64,000 nucleotides of DNA from assembly GCF_018350175.1 (NCBI RefSeq), contig NC_058383.1, positions 7,008,001-7,072,000 on the forward strand, in the 5' to 3' direction. The translations under genes and the position numbers were made by a program. The notes beneath the pieces were generated by a model. It was not told the origin of the DNA, did no database searches, and saw only the letters and a program-made list of their open reading frames with translations. Position 1 is the stretch's first letter, and each line of letters begins with the position of its first letter. Positions 25,101-38,621 of the stretch are shown piece by piece. The DNA is from Felis catus. Its lineage: Eukaryota.

Positions 25101-27642
25101 AGACTCATTCTATGAAGCCAGTATTACTTTGATTCCTAAACCAGACAGAGACCCAGTAAAAAAAAGAGAACTACAGGCCAATATCCCTGATGAATATGGA
25201 TGCAAAAATTCTCAATAAGATACTAGCAAATCGAATTCAACAGCATATAAAAAGAATTATTCACCATGATCAAGTGGGATTCATTCCTGGGATGCAGGGC
25301 TGGTTCAACATTCGCAAATCAATCAACATGATACATCACATTAATAAAAGAAAAGAACCATATGATCCTGCCAATCGATGCAGAAAAGGCCTTTGACAAA
25401 ATCCAGCACCGTTTCTTAATAAAAACCCTTGAGAAAGTCGGGATAGAAGGAACATACTTAAAGATCATAAAAGCCATTTATGAAAAGCCCACAGCTAACA
25501 TCATCCTCAAAGGGGAAAAACTGAGATCTTTCTCCCTGAGATCAGGAACATGACAGGGATGCCCACTCTCACCGCTGCTGTTTAACATAGTGCTGGAAGT
25601 TCTAGCATCAGCAATCAGACAACAAAAGGAAATCAAAGGCATCAAAATTGGCAAAGATGAAGTCAAGCTTTCGCTTTTTGCAGATGACATGATATTATAC
25701 ATGGAAAATCTGATAGACTCCACCAAAAGTCTGCTAGAACTGATACAGGAATTCAGCAAAGTTGCAGGATACAAAATCAATGTACAGAAATCAGTTGCAT
25801 TCTTACACACTAACAATGAAGCAACAGAAAGACAAATAAAGAAACTGATCCCATTCACAATTGCACCAAGAAGCATAAAATACCTAGGAATAAATCTAAC
25901 CAAAGATGTAAAGGATCTGTATGCTGAAAACTATAGAAAGCTTATGAAGGTAATTGAAGAAGATTTAAAGAAATGGAAAGACATTCCCTGCTCATGGATT
26001 GGAAGAATAAATATTGTCAAAATGTCAATACTACCCAAAGCTATCTACACATTCAATGCAATCCCAATCAAAATTGCACCAGCATTCTTCTCGAAACTAG
26101 AACAAGCAATCCTAAAATTCATATGGAACCACAAAAGGCCCCGAATAGCCAAAGTAATTTTGAAGAAGAAGACCAAAGCAGGAGGCATCACAATCCCAGA
26201 CTTTAGCCTCTACTACAAAGCTGTCATCATCAAGACAGCATGGTATTGGCACAAAAACAGACACATAGACCAATGGAATAGAATAGAATAGAAACCCCAG
26301 AACTAGACCCACAAACGTATGGCCAACTCATCTTTGACAAAGCAGGAAAGAACAGCCAATGGAAAAAAGACAGTCTCTTTAACAAATGGTGCTGGGAGAA
26401 CTGGGCAGCAACATGCAGAAGGTTGAAACTAGACCACTTTCTCACACCATTCACAAAAATAAACTCAAAATGGATAAAGGACCTGAATGTGAGACAGGAA
26501 ACCATCAAAACCCTAGAAGAGAAAGCAGGAAAAGACCTCTCTGACCTCAGCCGTAGCAATCTCTTACTCGACACATCCCCAAAGGCAAGGGAATTAAAAG
26601 CAAAAATGAACTACTGGGACCTTATGAAGATAAAAAGCTTCTGCACAGCAAAGGAAACAACCAACAAAACTAACAGGCAACCAACAGAATGGGAAAAGAT
26701 ATTCGCAAATGACATATCGGACAAAGGGCTAGTATCCAAAATCTATAAAGAGCTCACCAAACTCCACACCCGAAAAACAAATAACCCAGTGAAGAAATGG
26801 GCAGAAAACATGAATAGACACTTCTCTAAAGAAGACATCCGGATGGCCAACAGGCACATGAAAAGATGTTCAGCGTCGCTCCTTATCAGGGAAATACAAA
26901 TCAAAACCACACTCAGGTATCACCTCACGCCAGTCAGAGTGGCCAAAATGAACAAACCAGGAGACTATAGATGCTGGAGAGGATGTGGAGAAACGGGAAC
27001 CCTCTTGCACTGTTGGTGGGAATGCAAATTGGTGCAGCCGCTCTGGAAAGCAGTGTGGAGGTTCCTCAGAAAATTAAAAATAGACCTACCCTATGACCCA
27101 GCAATAGCACTGCTAGGAATTTATCCAAGGGATACAGGAGTACTGATGCATAGGGGCACTTGTACCCCAATGTTCATAGCAGCACTCTCAACAATAGCCA
27201 AATTATGGAAAGAGCCTAAATGTCCATCAACTGATGAATGGATAAAGAAATTGTGGTTTATATACACAATGGAATATTACGTGGCAATGAGAAAAAATGA
27301 AATATGGCCTTTTGTAGCAACGTGGATGGAACTGGAGAGTGTGATGCTAAGTGAAATAAGCCATACAGAGAAAGACAGATACCATATGGTTTCACTCTTA
27401 TGTGGACCCTGAGAAACTTAACAGGAACCCATGGGGGAGGGGAAGAAAAAAAAAAAAAACACAGGTTAGAGTGGGAGAGAGCCAAAGCATAAGAGACTCT
27501 TAAAAACTGAGAACAAACTGAGGGTTGATGGGGGGTGGGAGGGAGGAGAGGGTGGGTGATGGGTATTGAGGAGGGCACCTTTTGGGATGAGCACTGGGTG
27601 TTGTATGGAAACCAATTTGTCAATAAATTTCATTAAAAAAAA
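22142..27642 (+). mobile_element. Full-length young lineage-Y L1 with a spliced 5'UTR (SpIRE-like), ORFs inactivated
   Basis: ORF1 22642-23536 has an extra A near 22988. ORF2 23587-27412 has TAA at 24394, TGA at 25551 and frameshifts near 25165, 25350 and 26285. G-rich 3'UTR and short A-tail. The 5'UTR junction at 22306/22307 lacks the segment equal to 43279-43707. Confidence 0.96.
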
Positions 27643-27800
27643 TTTCTCAACAATTTTATCAACAAACTTTCATGAAACAAGAATTTTTGTGGTGACTGTA
27701 GTAGTGACATTTATATCACACATCTTATTTTGAATATTCAACATTAACTACTACACTGAGTGTGTCAATCAACATCTCTTTACAAAACTATTAACTGATA

Positions 27801-28017
27801 GGGGGCGCCTGGGTGGCTCAGTTGGTTGAGCGTTCAACTTCAGCTCAGGTCATGATCTCACACTCTGTGAGTTCGAGCCCCATGTCGGGCTCTGTGCTGA
27901 CAGCTCAGAGCCTGAGCTTGCTTCAGATTCTGTGTCTCCCCCTCTCTCTGACCCTCCCCTGCTCATGCTCTGTCTCTCTCTGTCTCAAAAATAAATAAAA
28001 ACATATAAAAAAAATTT
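27801..28017 (+). mobile_element. Can-SINE, only in copy B
   Basis: Head ggggcgcctgggtggctcagttggttgagc. TSD tattaactgat at ~27789-27799 and 28021-28031. Empty site at ~2822. Confidence 0.94.
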
Positions 28018-31000
28018 AAGTATTAACTGATGGCTTCCTGCACATTAAGGTGGAATCTGTAGAACTGATGAGTGAGGGACAGTGACTGCATGTTTTTGAC
28101 CTTCATAGTCACTGGGTGGGTGGGGTTTGTTCAGAATTCCAACATGATATGTTAAGATAGGTGAGAGTCAATCCACTGTGAATTTGCCCACCGTTCAGAA
28201 AGTATATTCATAATTTAATTCTACTGGTTTTGGGGCACATGTTTTTTATAACCCTCAACTGAGGCAGTTAGTATCATATTATTAGTTTTGATATAATGTT
28301 TTCATCTCATCTGCCCTGCTCTTTTGGTAGTTAGGGAACATGCTTTCTCTTTGCATTCCATCCTCAGCTTTCTACTATCCTGACACAGTGAACATTGAAT
28401 AAGAGATGGTTGATTGGTCAGTAGCTTGGTAAGAAGAGCTAAAAGCATTTGTCAATTTCAAGTTGGTATCAGAAGCTGAACAGGATATATCATTTTTCTC
28501 CTGTCTGATCCCTACCCCTTCTTTTTCTTCTCCTCTCTTCTCTTCCATTGCTTTTCCTCCTGGGATAACTCAGTTCTGGCAACACAGCCAGATTTGCAGC
28601 CTCACATTGGGGTTCAGTAGCAGAGAATGGAGGCACAGTAACTCTAAGGTAGAGACAGAGTAGTGTGGGAAGGGTGTCCACATGGAGAAGCAGCCTGGCA
28701 AGGGTGTGGGAGCCCAAGCTGATTGAGAGAGCTGTACACACAGAGGGGTGATCTGGCAAGATCCAGAGCCTAAATATTATCTGGTAAGAGCCAAGTCATA
28801 TGAGGAGGGCATCCATGAGTGTTAAGGGGTGGTGTTGGGATTAGTTACATAAAGGAGGATTGATCAGATAATAAATATAATAAGAATAATGGAAGCCAGG
28901 TTTCACACTATCAGGATGGGACTCACTGATTTGGAAATGGAGAAAGCCAAATGAAGCCTATGTATTCAGAGATTGAATCTGATTGTCAATGTAAAGTCAT
29001 GCTTTTCTATAGATAAATGATAGATTGATAGAAAGGGATAGAAATGTGTGTGTGTGTGTGTGTGTGCACACGCACACATATGTATGTGCAAAGACACATA
29101 TCCCCTACCTCTCTCCACAGACAGCTCTTAGAAACAGTGACACTGTATGACCAATTAGCACATCTTATGCCCAGACCTTGGCCTATAAACATCATTTTCC
29201 ACTGAAAGGACCTAGGGCTTTTCAGAGAAAAGGCTGATTCCAACTTGGGGGAGCACATGATGAGCCTGGAACATCTTGTCCTGCACAGAGATTGGGCCAT
29301 GTCCACAAAACAAGGAGCCAGCCTGAGGGGCTTCACCGACCCATCAGGCATGATTTGGACATCAGGAAAGCTAAAGATAAGAAGGGATTAAGACCCACTG
29401 AATAAAACAGGAAAACACGAGTACCCACAGGTGTAATAAATACAGGATTGATTACAATTGATGAGGACACCGACACAGTTTCAAAGTACTACCACTCAAA
29501 TACTCATGAGTTGCCAGGAAGAGAGAACAGTTCACAGAGCAAAGACCTGGCAGATGAATGAGCATCATCAGGAACAGGAGTAAGTGATGGTGTATCACCC
29601 AATAGGACTCAGCCAAAAGAATCAAGCATCACCTCTGGGATATTCTTGCCAAGGAGGCAAACCTGAAAGAAATCCTGAAAAAAGACAAACCCAAACTGAG
29701 GAATATCTATTCCTAATCTGTAACTGGTGTGAAATCTTCAACAAAGTCAAGGTCATGAAAGTTATTTAAAAAAAGAAAAAACAAGTCCAGATTGGAGTCA
29801 CTTGCCCACCAATCCCACTTCAGAGCAAACCAAGACTAATGATGCTTTCAACCTATCCCAGAAAGGTGATCTTTTGAAAGTCTGGCTGAAATTTCCTGAC
29901 AGGCACTAGTGAGTCATCTTCAGGATAGAAACCCTGTGGGTTCTTCCCCCAGAGAAGGGGTCCTGGCCTGAAAAAATCATTGCTTTTCCTTCTAAGCACT
30001 TCCTGCCCCACCCTTCTTCCTCTAAAACCCTGCATCTTGTACACCACCTGGGAGCATCTGTCTCCCTGTCAGATGGGATGCTCCCAATTCATGAATTGCT
30101 TAATAAAGCCAATGAGATCTTCAACTTGACTTGCTGGAATTTTGTTTTCCAACAAAAGTCAGAGACAGACTAAGGAAGTGTTCCAGACTGAACTAAAGAG
30201 ACTAAAGAGGGGTGGCATGGAAAATCAGTGCATGGATTGGGTCTTTCAGCTATAAAGGACATTGTGGGACAGTTGGGGGAATTGAGGGCTCTGATGGACA
30301 CATGGCAGTAATGTGTTAGCGTCCATGCCCCGACTTTGATGGGTAATGTCTTCTTAGGTATTACAGGGGATTATGAAATATCAGGTCAGCATTTACTCTG
30401 AGATGGGTCAGGAATGTAGTTCTTGGAACAGACTCTTCTGGAAGCTTGTGATTATTTTCAGGAGAAGTGGATCACAAAAGGAGCTTGGGCCTACACAGCT
30501 CTTCCCCTCCCTTGCCTTAGGCTCGCTTGTATGATTTAATACAAGAGGTATCACCACAGTGATTGAGAGATAGGGAGCTATGAAGCTGAGATCCTGAGGT
30601 TCGAATCCCAGCTTAGTCCAGGACTGAGTCTAGACTGACTGGTGGCTTTGGGTAAATGAGTAAAAGATGCCCCCTTTGCACGGCTGGTCTCATAGTGCTT
30701 GGGCTGCATTTTGGAACCTGTATGTCCTTCAGCTGAATGCTACTGTTCACAATTAGCTCAGGCTTGATCATTTCCTCAAGTTGGGTTCCCTCAAAGCAGA
30801 GCCTGAGATGGGGGTTCTGGAGCAAATGGTTTACTCGGGGAGAGGATTGACAGCAGCTGGGTAGAGCAGGAATAAAAGCTGAGTAAAATTGTGGTCTTGG
30901 GGGATCCTGATCTCATGAGGAGCCTTGGAACCAGAATTGTATTACAGAGTGGATGTCACTTTGAGGCAGGGGGATGGCATCTTGTACCCCATCGGTGGGT

Positions 31001-32552
31001 CATGGACTGGCATCCCAACCCCAGGAGGCACAAACTCCCAGGTGAAATGGCTTCAGTTTGGACAAGGGTGATTCTTTTGAGAATAGAGCAATGGTAAGAG
31101 CCAGTATTCCCAGCAACTGGGGAATGCGTATGCTGCCCAGTGGCAGGAAACTAGTACCTTCCTCCTCTATAGACACTTATACCTGGTGTCTTGAACTAAT
31201 TACTTAACACCTTACTGCCTTGGTACTTTGTGCCTCAGAGTCTGTAAAATAAGGGGTAATGCCAATGCTTATCTGAAGCGATGGTGGAATCAGATGATGT
31301 AGGGCACAGTCCATGGGGCATGCAGTGAGCAATAATCAATGTCAGCTATTACCTTCATAGCTGTATTATCCTCAGTCCTCAGGAGAACATGTCAGTTTTT
31401 GATGTTTGGGCTATAGCCTTGTCAACTCCATCTTCAATATGCCATTTTAGAAAGTAATCACATATATTCTTCACAGAGCTTTAACTATGAAGATAGTGGT
31501 GTGTCAGCTCTTGTTGTTTAGGAATTTTCCACAGAACAGTACCAACATCCCCATTCTAGAAGTGCCTTTGTCATGTGAATTGACCCCCACTGAAATAGAG
31601 TAGGGAGGTTTGCAGGAGATGCTCTCATGCCCTACCACTCAGACCCAACAGGAAGAGATGGACTGACCTCACAGGGACTTGACCTTTCACTACTTTACTA
31701 TCCCAGCTGCAGGAAGAAGGGCTTTCCTTGTCACAGCTCAGCACCCCTTCTCCCCAACAAAAGCTCTGCCAATGAGAAGCCATAACACTTCAAAATCCCA
31801 GGTTATTTCATGGACTTTAGTTTATAACCCCCTTCCAAGCCTCCCCTTTTCTTCTGAAAAAGGTGTACCTCCCCTTCATTCTTCAAACCTGGCCCAGGTT
31901 TTGCTACAGCCTTTTTGTCCTGGATTGCAATTCTCTTTTTTACTTAATAACTCTCTTGTGTCTAGTAAAACAACTGGTAGTTTTCATTTTAAAGGCTAAG
32001 AGTCATCACGACTAAGTGTGGATAGTCTTGGGGGCAGGGCTGCACTGCAGTGACAGGAGGAAAACCCTCCCACTGCATTCATGTGAACTCTCTCCAGCCC
32101 TCTCTTAAGATTGCTTTTCTGGTGCCAGAGTTATGACCAGTCTTTCTAGTCACCTCCAGGTTGTTCAGTGTCCAGGATGCTTGAAAAGCTAGAATGAGAC
32201 ATATTTATCTCTTCAGGGGTCAAAGATAGGCAGGAACCAAGAAATGTGGAGTAAATATTAGCTAATTCAGGAATTTGCTTCCTATCTTGTGACAGATTGG
32301 TTTTTGTGGAATAGGTGAGTATCCATGGGGTTGGAAGTCCCTGTTGAGTGTGTGAACTTCCATATTCACTCCTTTAGGCCAAGAATTGCCCTCTCCCAGG
32401 TATTTTGTTTGAAGATGTAAATACATTTTTGTAAGTGTAGTATTGTAAGTCTGTATGTAAGTATATAGGATTCTATCATCTATTTACCTGTTATATCTCT
32501 TTATTATATATCCATATTTACCTACTTATTTGCCATCTGTATCTATCTATCA

Positions 32553-32594
<42 letters not shown>

Positions 32595-33809
32595 CTATCT
32601 ATCTATCTACCTACCTACCATCTGTGAATGTATCTATAAAGATAGAAATGTCTGAGGAGCCCCGGACATTCCAGCCCCCAGATGTTTGGGTCTCTCCAAC
32701 CCAGACATATGAATAGAGCCTTCAGGATGATCCCAGCCCCAGCCTCTCTGCAACCACATGAGATCCCAAGCAAGAGCTGCCCAACTGTGTCTAGTCAACT
32801 CCATATTCATGGGCAAAATAAAAGATTGTCCATCCTTTGAAGTGACCTGTAACCACATCCAATCATTGAAATATCCCTCTTTACTTCAGTGGAATCAGAT
32901 GAATAGGATCCTTAAACAGATGACAATTGCAGGGAACTGAAGGAAACCATCACTTTCAGTTCCTGTGACTCATGGAGGCAGCAGTGAGGTTGTGGGTGAG
33001 CTCAGAGAAAGGAATTCTGATGCCTAATCAGGGGTGGTCCTTGAAGTCCCAAGGATCAGAAAAAAGGGAAGGGAAAGTACTGACTTTATTGAGCCCCTGT
33101 CACATGCTGGGCCTCCTGGACATCAAGGCTTTGTGCCCCAGAATGCCTCTCAGTAGGGCAAAATTGTGGCTGCAAGGGGTAGCCAGCTTTGAAGAGTTCA
33201 CCAATATCTCCCTCCTACTGGTGTGTAGTCTTCACCCCATGAAGGGCCAGCCTATGAAGCAAGGCAAGGAGGATATTGTGGGCCTGACTGGTATGTGTCT
33301 TCTGCAGCTGAGTCATAAGAGACAAAGATTCTCCTACCTTAACCTTCTTGGTCACTAGCTCTGGGGAGTGCCAGCTGCTAGGACAGCCAAGTGGCCATGT
33401 GGCATGCACCTAGGACCTCTGGCCACAATTGATGCTAACCTATCAGACCCATGAGTGAGATACCTTTGATGTAGGATATCCAGCTCAGTCCAGTGTGCAG
33501 ATGACGGCAGCCCCAGCCAACAGCGTGGCTGCAGCCTCATGAGAGACTCAGGTTGGAAACACTGAGCTAGTCACTTCTGAATTCCTCACCCACAGATTCT
33601 GAGATAACGAGATCATCATTTTATGTCACTATGTTTTAGGGTAATTTGTTACAGAGCAGAAACTAATACAGAGGCTGAGGCACTAGAACATCTTGGATGA
33701 CCATAGCAGAGAACTCTGAAGACTGTCCAGGGGCATGACTGCCATCTGGGCTTGTTGGGCAGGAAAGGAGGTGGTGGTGGTAGTGGTAGTGGTATGTGTG
33801 TGTATCCAG

Positions 33810-33848
<39 letters not shown>

Positions 33849-34823
33849 AGGGTGTGTGTGTGTGTATACTGGTATATGTACAGGTGTGTATGTGAGTATA
33901 GGTATGGAGTATGTGTACACATACTAAAGGGGCAAGATCCCAGCAATTGGTCTATGAGAGGCTGATAATTACTGCTACCAGTGGGCTGTGCTGGTTGTGG
34001 GCAGACTCTCCCTGGATTCATTAGCCAGTTCTGTCACCTAAAAGTTGGGACATCTAGTTATTCAATGCTTGGGAGCCTCAATTTCCCCATGTGTGACGCA
34101 GGGATACACCTACCGTGGGGTTTTTGTGAGGTTTAAGGATATTAAAGTTTATGATGCTCTGACGTGATACTAGGCACCAGACAAGTCACTGACAGCACTG
34201 GCCATGGTCACTGAGATTCATACTTGTTGATCAGATTGTTGTTGGCTGCAGAAGAGGTGGAAGTTGGCCAGTTTAGCATGGGTCAATTTGCTGAAGAGCC
34301 AATTTACTGAATGACTCAGTCACTGGATTCCTGAAGATACTTTCTGAGGTTTCAGTTCTTCCCAACTCCCAAACTCTGTGATATGAAGAAGTGGGTTTTC
34401 CTGTATACACACTCTACTATTTTTATATCAGGACTTAGGTCCTGTCATGACACCTGCCCATTCCCTGCTTTGTCCTTTCCTTGCCCCACTCAGTGCCTCC
34501 ATTCTTGGGCACTTTGGTGCTTTGGTATGGTTTCCCTTGAGTCCACTTTATGTTCTCTCTATTTTTGTGTAGTTATGTCTCTGTCTCTGACAGAGAAATG
34601 AGAGTGATGGAATGTGCTGGGTCTAATGTGTTGCAATTATGGCAAATTGACTTATCTTAAGAGCAATAAGGAAGCACTAGCTTAAAGCCAGCTCCTCCAG
34701 GTGTCAATGTTGTCATGGCTGCAGCCACATTGGCTAAAGCTTGGCCCTCCCTTTTCCAGTGACTCTCAAAGGGCTTGCATCATTAAGCCTCATGACCCTT
34801 TTTGTTATGCCACAAGAACTGGT

Positions 34824-34874
34824 ATTAATGATTAATTAATTGGTCTATTTACAGAGCAATTTGACCTTTGCACC
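34824..34874. promoter_or_regulatory. Candidate hepatic enhancer module, copy B (HNF1, FOXA, HNF4-type DR1)
   Basis: ATTAATGATTAAT at 34824-34836 (11/13 match to GTTAATNATTAAC), TATTTAC at 34846-34852, TGACCTtTGCACC at 34862-34874. Confidence 0.5.
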
Positions 34875-36683
34875 ATCTTACTGAAATTTGAAGACGCATT
34901 TTCAAAAAGGAGATTATTCCATCATTCTTGTACTGCTTCAAATCACCACACCAACTATAGCTCTCTTAGCACCCTAGAATATAGAAATGATAAGGTTATG
35001 GCTTCTATCCAAGAGGATCTCCTAACTGAATTGGATGGAGAGACAGAAACATAATTACTATACAACCAGTGTGCCCACATCCCCTGCTCCAGCCCATGAG
35101 AGAAGAACAGATTAATATTAATTTGCTGGGATCCATAACAAAGTACCACAGACTAAGAAGCTTCAACAACAATAATTTATTCTCTCACAATTCTGGAGGC
35201 CAGAAGTCCAAAATCAAGAAGTCAGAAAGGTTGGTTCCCTCAGAGGCCTCCCTCCATGGCTTGTAGATAATCAACTTCTTCTTGTGTATTCACATAGTCT
35301 TCCCTCTGTGCATGTCTGTGTCCTGATCTCCTCTTCTTAGAAGGGCACCAGTCATGTTGGATTAGGGCCCATGCTAGTGACTTCATCTAACATTCTTTTC
35401 CTTCTTAAAAGCAACATCTCCAACTGTGGTCATGTTTTGAATTGCTGGCAGTTAGGACATCAGCATGAAGATTTGGAGGGAACACAATTCAGCCTGTACC
35501 AGGATCTATGGAGAGACTCCGTGGACCTGCACATACCTGTCACAGGAGGGCTAGGGGACCTGCACTCATCAACACTGGGTGGAGGGTGGAACTGGATCTT
35601 GGGTGCCAGTGAGAAGGACCCAGGTCATCAGGGGCAACTCCCAGTCCTGATAAAAGCATGGACACTACCACAGACCATCAAGGACCCTCTGTAGAACCAG
35701 GGCAGGGAGCAGGTGTCACCCGTAAGGCCCATGGCAGAGAGGGGGTCTGAGGCCCACTTTTCTAGTTCAGAAGTCACACTGCCAAACATTCTGAGCTCAT
35801 TCTGGGAGGAGCAACGGGCTATGAAGGGTATGATGAAGACTGACGTCAGGAAAGCACATTACCCAAGTAAGACCAAGAAGTTGTTTTATGGTAACAAGAA
35901 AATTTCCCTCCCCATTCTCATCCCAGGAAGGGTCTCATGGGAATGATGATGTCATCTGTGAAAAGTTGAAAAGTCACATTTTCTTGGAGCACTATACATT
36001 TTAAAAAGCACTGTCTCTCATGTCTGCATTTGGAACCATAACACAGCTGATTGATTAACAAAGATGAAATGGAAGAATCAGGGAGCTGGAAAGAGTGTCA
36101 CTGTTGGTGTCCAAGGCTTTAATTTTACAGATTTCTCATTAATCCTTCTAATAGCTCTAAGAGGAAACTGAGGAACAGGGAGGTTAATGACTTCCTCAAG
36201 GTGAGAGAGTAGAGAATGTGGAGACCTCCGACCTGTGGCCTCATTCACTATGCTGTGCTGCTTCCAGACAAGCTCATTAGTCCCACTGATGAGATGGAGC
36301 CCACAGGCCCACAAAGGGCAGGGATGGCTTTGAGGATAACGTTGGCCCCACTGCTGTATTCTCAGGGCCTACACACTGCTGAGCACCCAGTAGGCCTTCA
36401 GTAAAATATCTTGTGGCTGTTTCAGAAACACATATTGGAAACAGCACATGGACTCCACCAGTACCTCTCATTGTGTTGTCATTTGGGGATTTCCCAACAC
36501 CTGCTATCCAGAGGTTCATCTGAACTTCAAATATGCCTAGAAGGTCAGCAGGAAGGTTCTTGTCCTGGCCTTTGTTTAGATCCACAAACATTTCCTAGGT
36601 ACCACTCTGGATCAGGTCCAAATGTGTCCTGTTGGTGGGGAAAAGTGAGAATCTTGATCATAGATCTTCTTTCATCCATTATT

Positions 36684-36900
36684 CTAGGCAGAGCTGTCCA
36701 AGAAACCTTTCTGTAATGATGCAAATGTTCTGTATCTATGTTGTCCAATATAGTTGCTTCCAGCCACATAAGGGTATGGTGCTCTTGAAATGTGGGGAGT
36801 GTGGCTGAGGATCTGCATTTCTGATTTTATTGATTTTTAATAAATTTATATTTAAATGCAACTTGCCACATGTGTCCAAGGATGGTGTACTTCACAGTGC
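36684..36900. mobile_element. Old hAT-Charlie MITE (MER3-like), paralog ~11955-12100
   Basis: 'gctgtccaagaaacctttctgtaatgatgcaaatgttctgtatctatgttgtccaatatagttgcttccagccacat' resembles MER3. Recognised from memory only. Confidence 0.6.
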
Positions 36901-37121
36901 ATTGTATTGGCCTTTCATTTTGAAGACTGTTGCTCTTCATTTCTGAGAAATTTTCCTGAACCATTTCTTTCATTTTTTCAATTGTTTGGAAACCCCTATT
37001 GATTAGATGATGGAACTCTTGGGTTTATTTTCTAGTTTCCTTATTTTTCCCCTCCCATTTTTTAGAGTGAATTACTTACATAAAGCTAACCTAGAGAACA
37101 TGTCTTTATTTAAAATTTTGT

Positions 37122-37320
37122 GGGGTGCAGAGTGGCTCAATCAGTTAAGCGTCCAACTTCGGCTCAGGTCATGATCTCATGGTTCATGAGTTCGAGCCCC
37201 ACATCGGGCTCTGTGCTGACAGCTCAGAGCCTGGAGTCTGCTTCAGATTCTGTGTATCCCTCTCTCTCTGCCCCTCCCCCAGTCATGGTCTGTCTTTCAA
37301 ATGAATAAACGTTAAAAAAA
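37122..37320 (+). mobile_element. Can-SINE, only in copy B
   Basis: Head ggggtgcagagtggctcaatcagttaagc. TSD taaaattttg at 37111-37120 and 37321-37330. Confidence 0.93.
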
Positions 37321-38585
37321 TAAAATTTTGACGTACATTCCTTATTGATTTCTTTACATTAGTATTGATTTCTTTAAAAACATTATTTTCCAATAAAGTG
37401 TGTAATTTGTATGATTACTGAGACTGTTGGCAATTTTGATCTCATGTGGAATGCCTCACTCTTTGCTCTTGTCCCGGCTCTGCCCAGAAGTCCCAACTGA
37501 ATTTTATAAAAACACTGTGTTGGTAAGGAGGGAATGAACTCTCCTTACTCCTTTGTTTTTGTTTTTTGGAGGTTTAACTTTTATTGCTCTACAAGGCACT
37601 CTGCTTAGGTAACTGTTTAGAGACAAATTCTGTGAACTAGGAGGAAGACAAGAAAGTTCTCATCCTGGTGGATCTTTAGATGGTACAGGAGTGTGGAAAA
37701 GTTGTGGTGGTCTTGCTCCCCGACCTGTGTTTACACAGCTGGACAGATACTGCAGGCTCAAATTAGAACCCAGGAATTGAAGTCTTTAACATTTATGACC
37801 TCAGTGGCTTCTCACACATTTGCACATAATTGATAAGAAGGAAAAGAATAAACAGTCCACATCCACCAAACTGCCAACCTTTTAATTATGTTTCACCTAA
37901 AACTTGAAGTCAAGTCTCCTCCTCTTGCTAAAAGAAAACACATTGCATAATTGATGTTACTCTATAACTCTTGTCCTCTCTGAGCCTCGAGTTAAACTAT
38001 TTTAAGAGTTCATATGGAGTGAAAATTTCTAAAGGGCTTGCCAAAGGCCAGATATCTGGCTCAGCAAAGTTACCAGATATATCAAATACCATTACTTTAT
38101 AGCAGGTGTCTTGATTTATAGCTCAATATTTGTTTGGTTACTGGTTTAGTGTCTCTCTCCCCGTTGGAGTGTCAGGTTCATAAGGCAAGGATTTTGACTG
38201 TTTTCTATTTAGACTTGACTCAGGAACTGAATAAATCTGATGTAGAGCCCACCCAACATCTAATGACAATGGGAGAGGTGACCACCTCCTCCAAAGCCAG
38301 GATGTCCAAGACCTGTCACTTTTCTCACCACTCCCACACCAACCATTGGGCTACCAAAACTTAGATACCACCTGGTTACCTGGAGTGTCAATATCAAGTT
38401 TGGCCTCACTAAGAATAATGGGAACCTGATACTTAGAAACAGAACTTAACCTTTCTTTCCTTTTTGCACACTTGACATTGAGACTCATGAGATTTGAATG
38501 TGATGCACAAATCATTCCAGAGCAACCTCCCACCACCCCACATAGTGAGCAGTTCACTTGGCCAGTGAAAATCAGGCCCAGCTTT

Positions 38586-38586
<1 letters not shown>

Positions 38587-38620
<34 letters not shown>
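38587..38620. repeat. (GTT)n microsatellite
   Basis: About 11 visible gtt units. Confidence 0.95.

Positions 38621-38621
<1 letters not shown>

Larger units (their letters stand above)
27643..37815 (+). repeat. Segmental duplication, copy B of the CYP3A downstream/intergenic block
   Basis: Colinear with 2670-12570 plus 20141-20390. Begins immediately after the L1 A-tail at the position matching just 3' of AATAAA 2664-2669. Confidence 0.95.

Noticed and set aside
22642..27412. Long reverse-transcriptase/endonuclease ORFs as an active L1 or a novel RT system
   Set aside because: Standard L1 ORF1/ORF2 with several stops and frameshifts. The same holds for 44041-48808.
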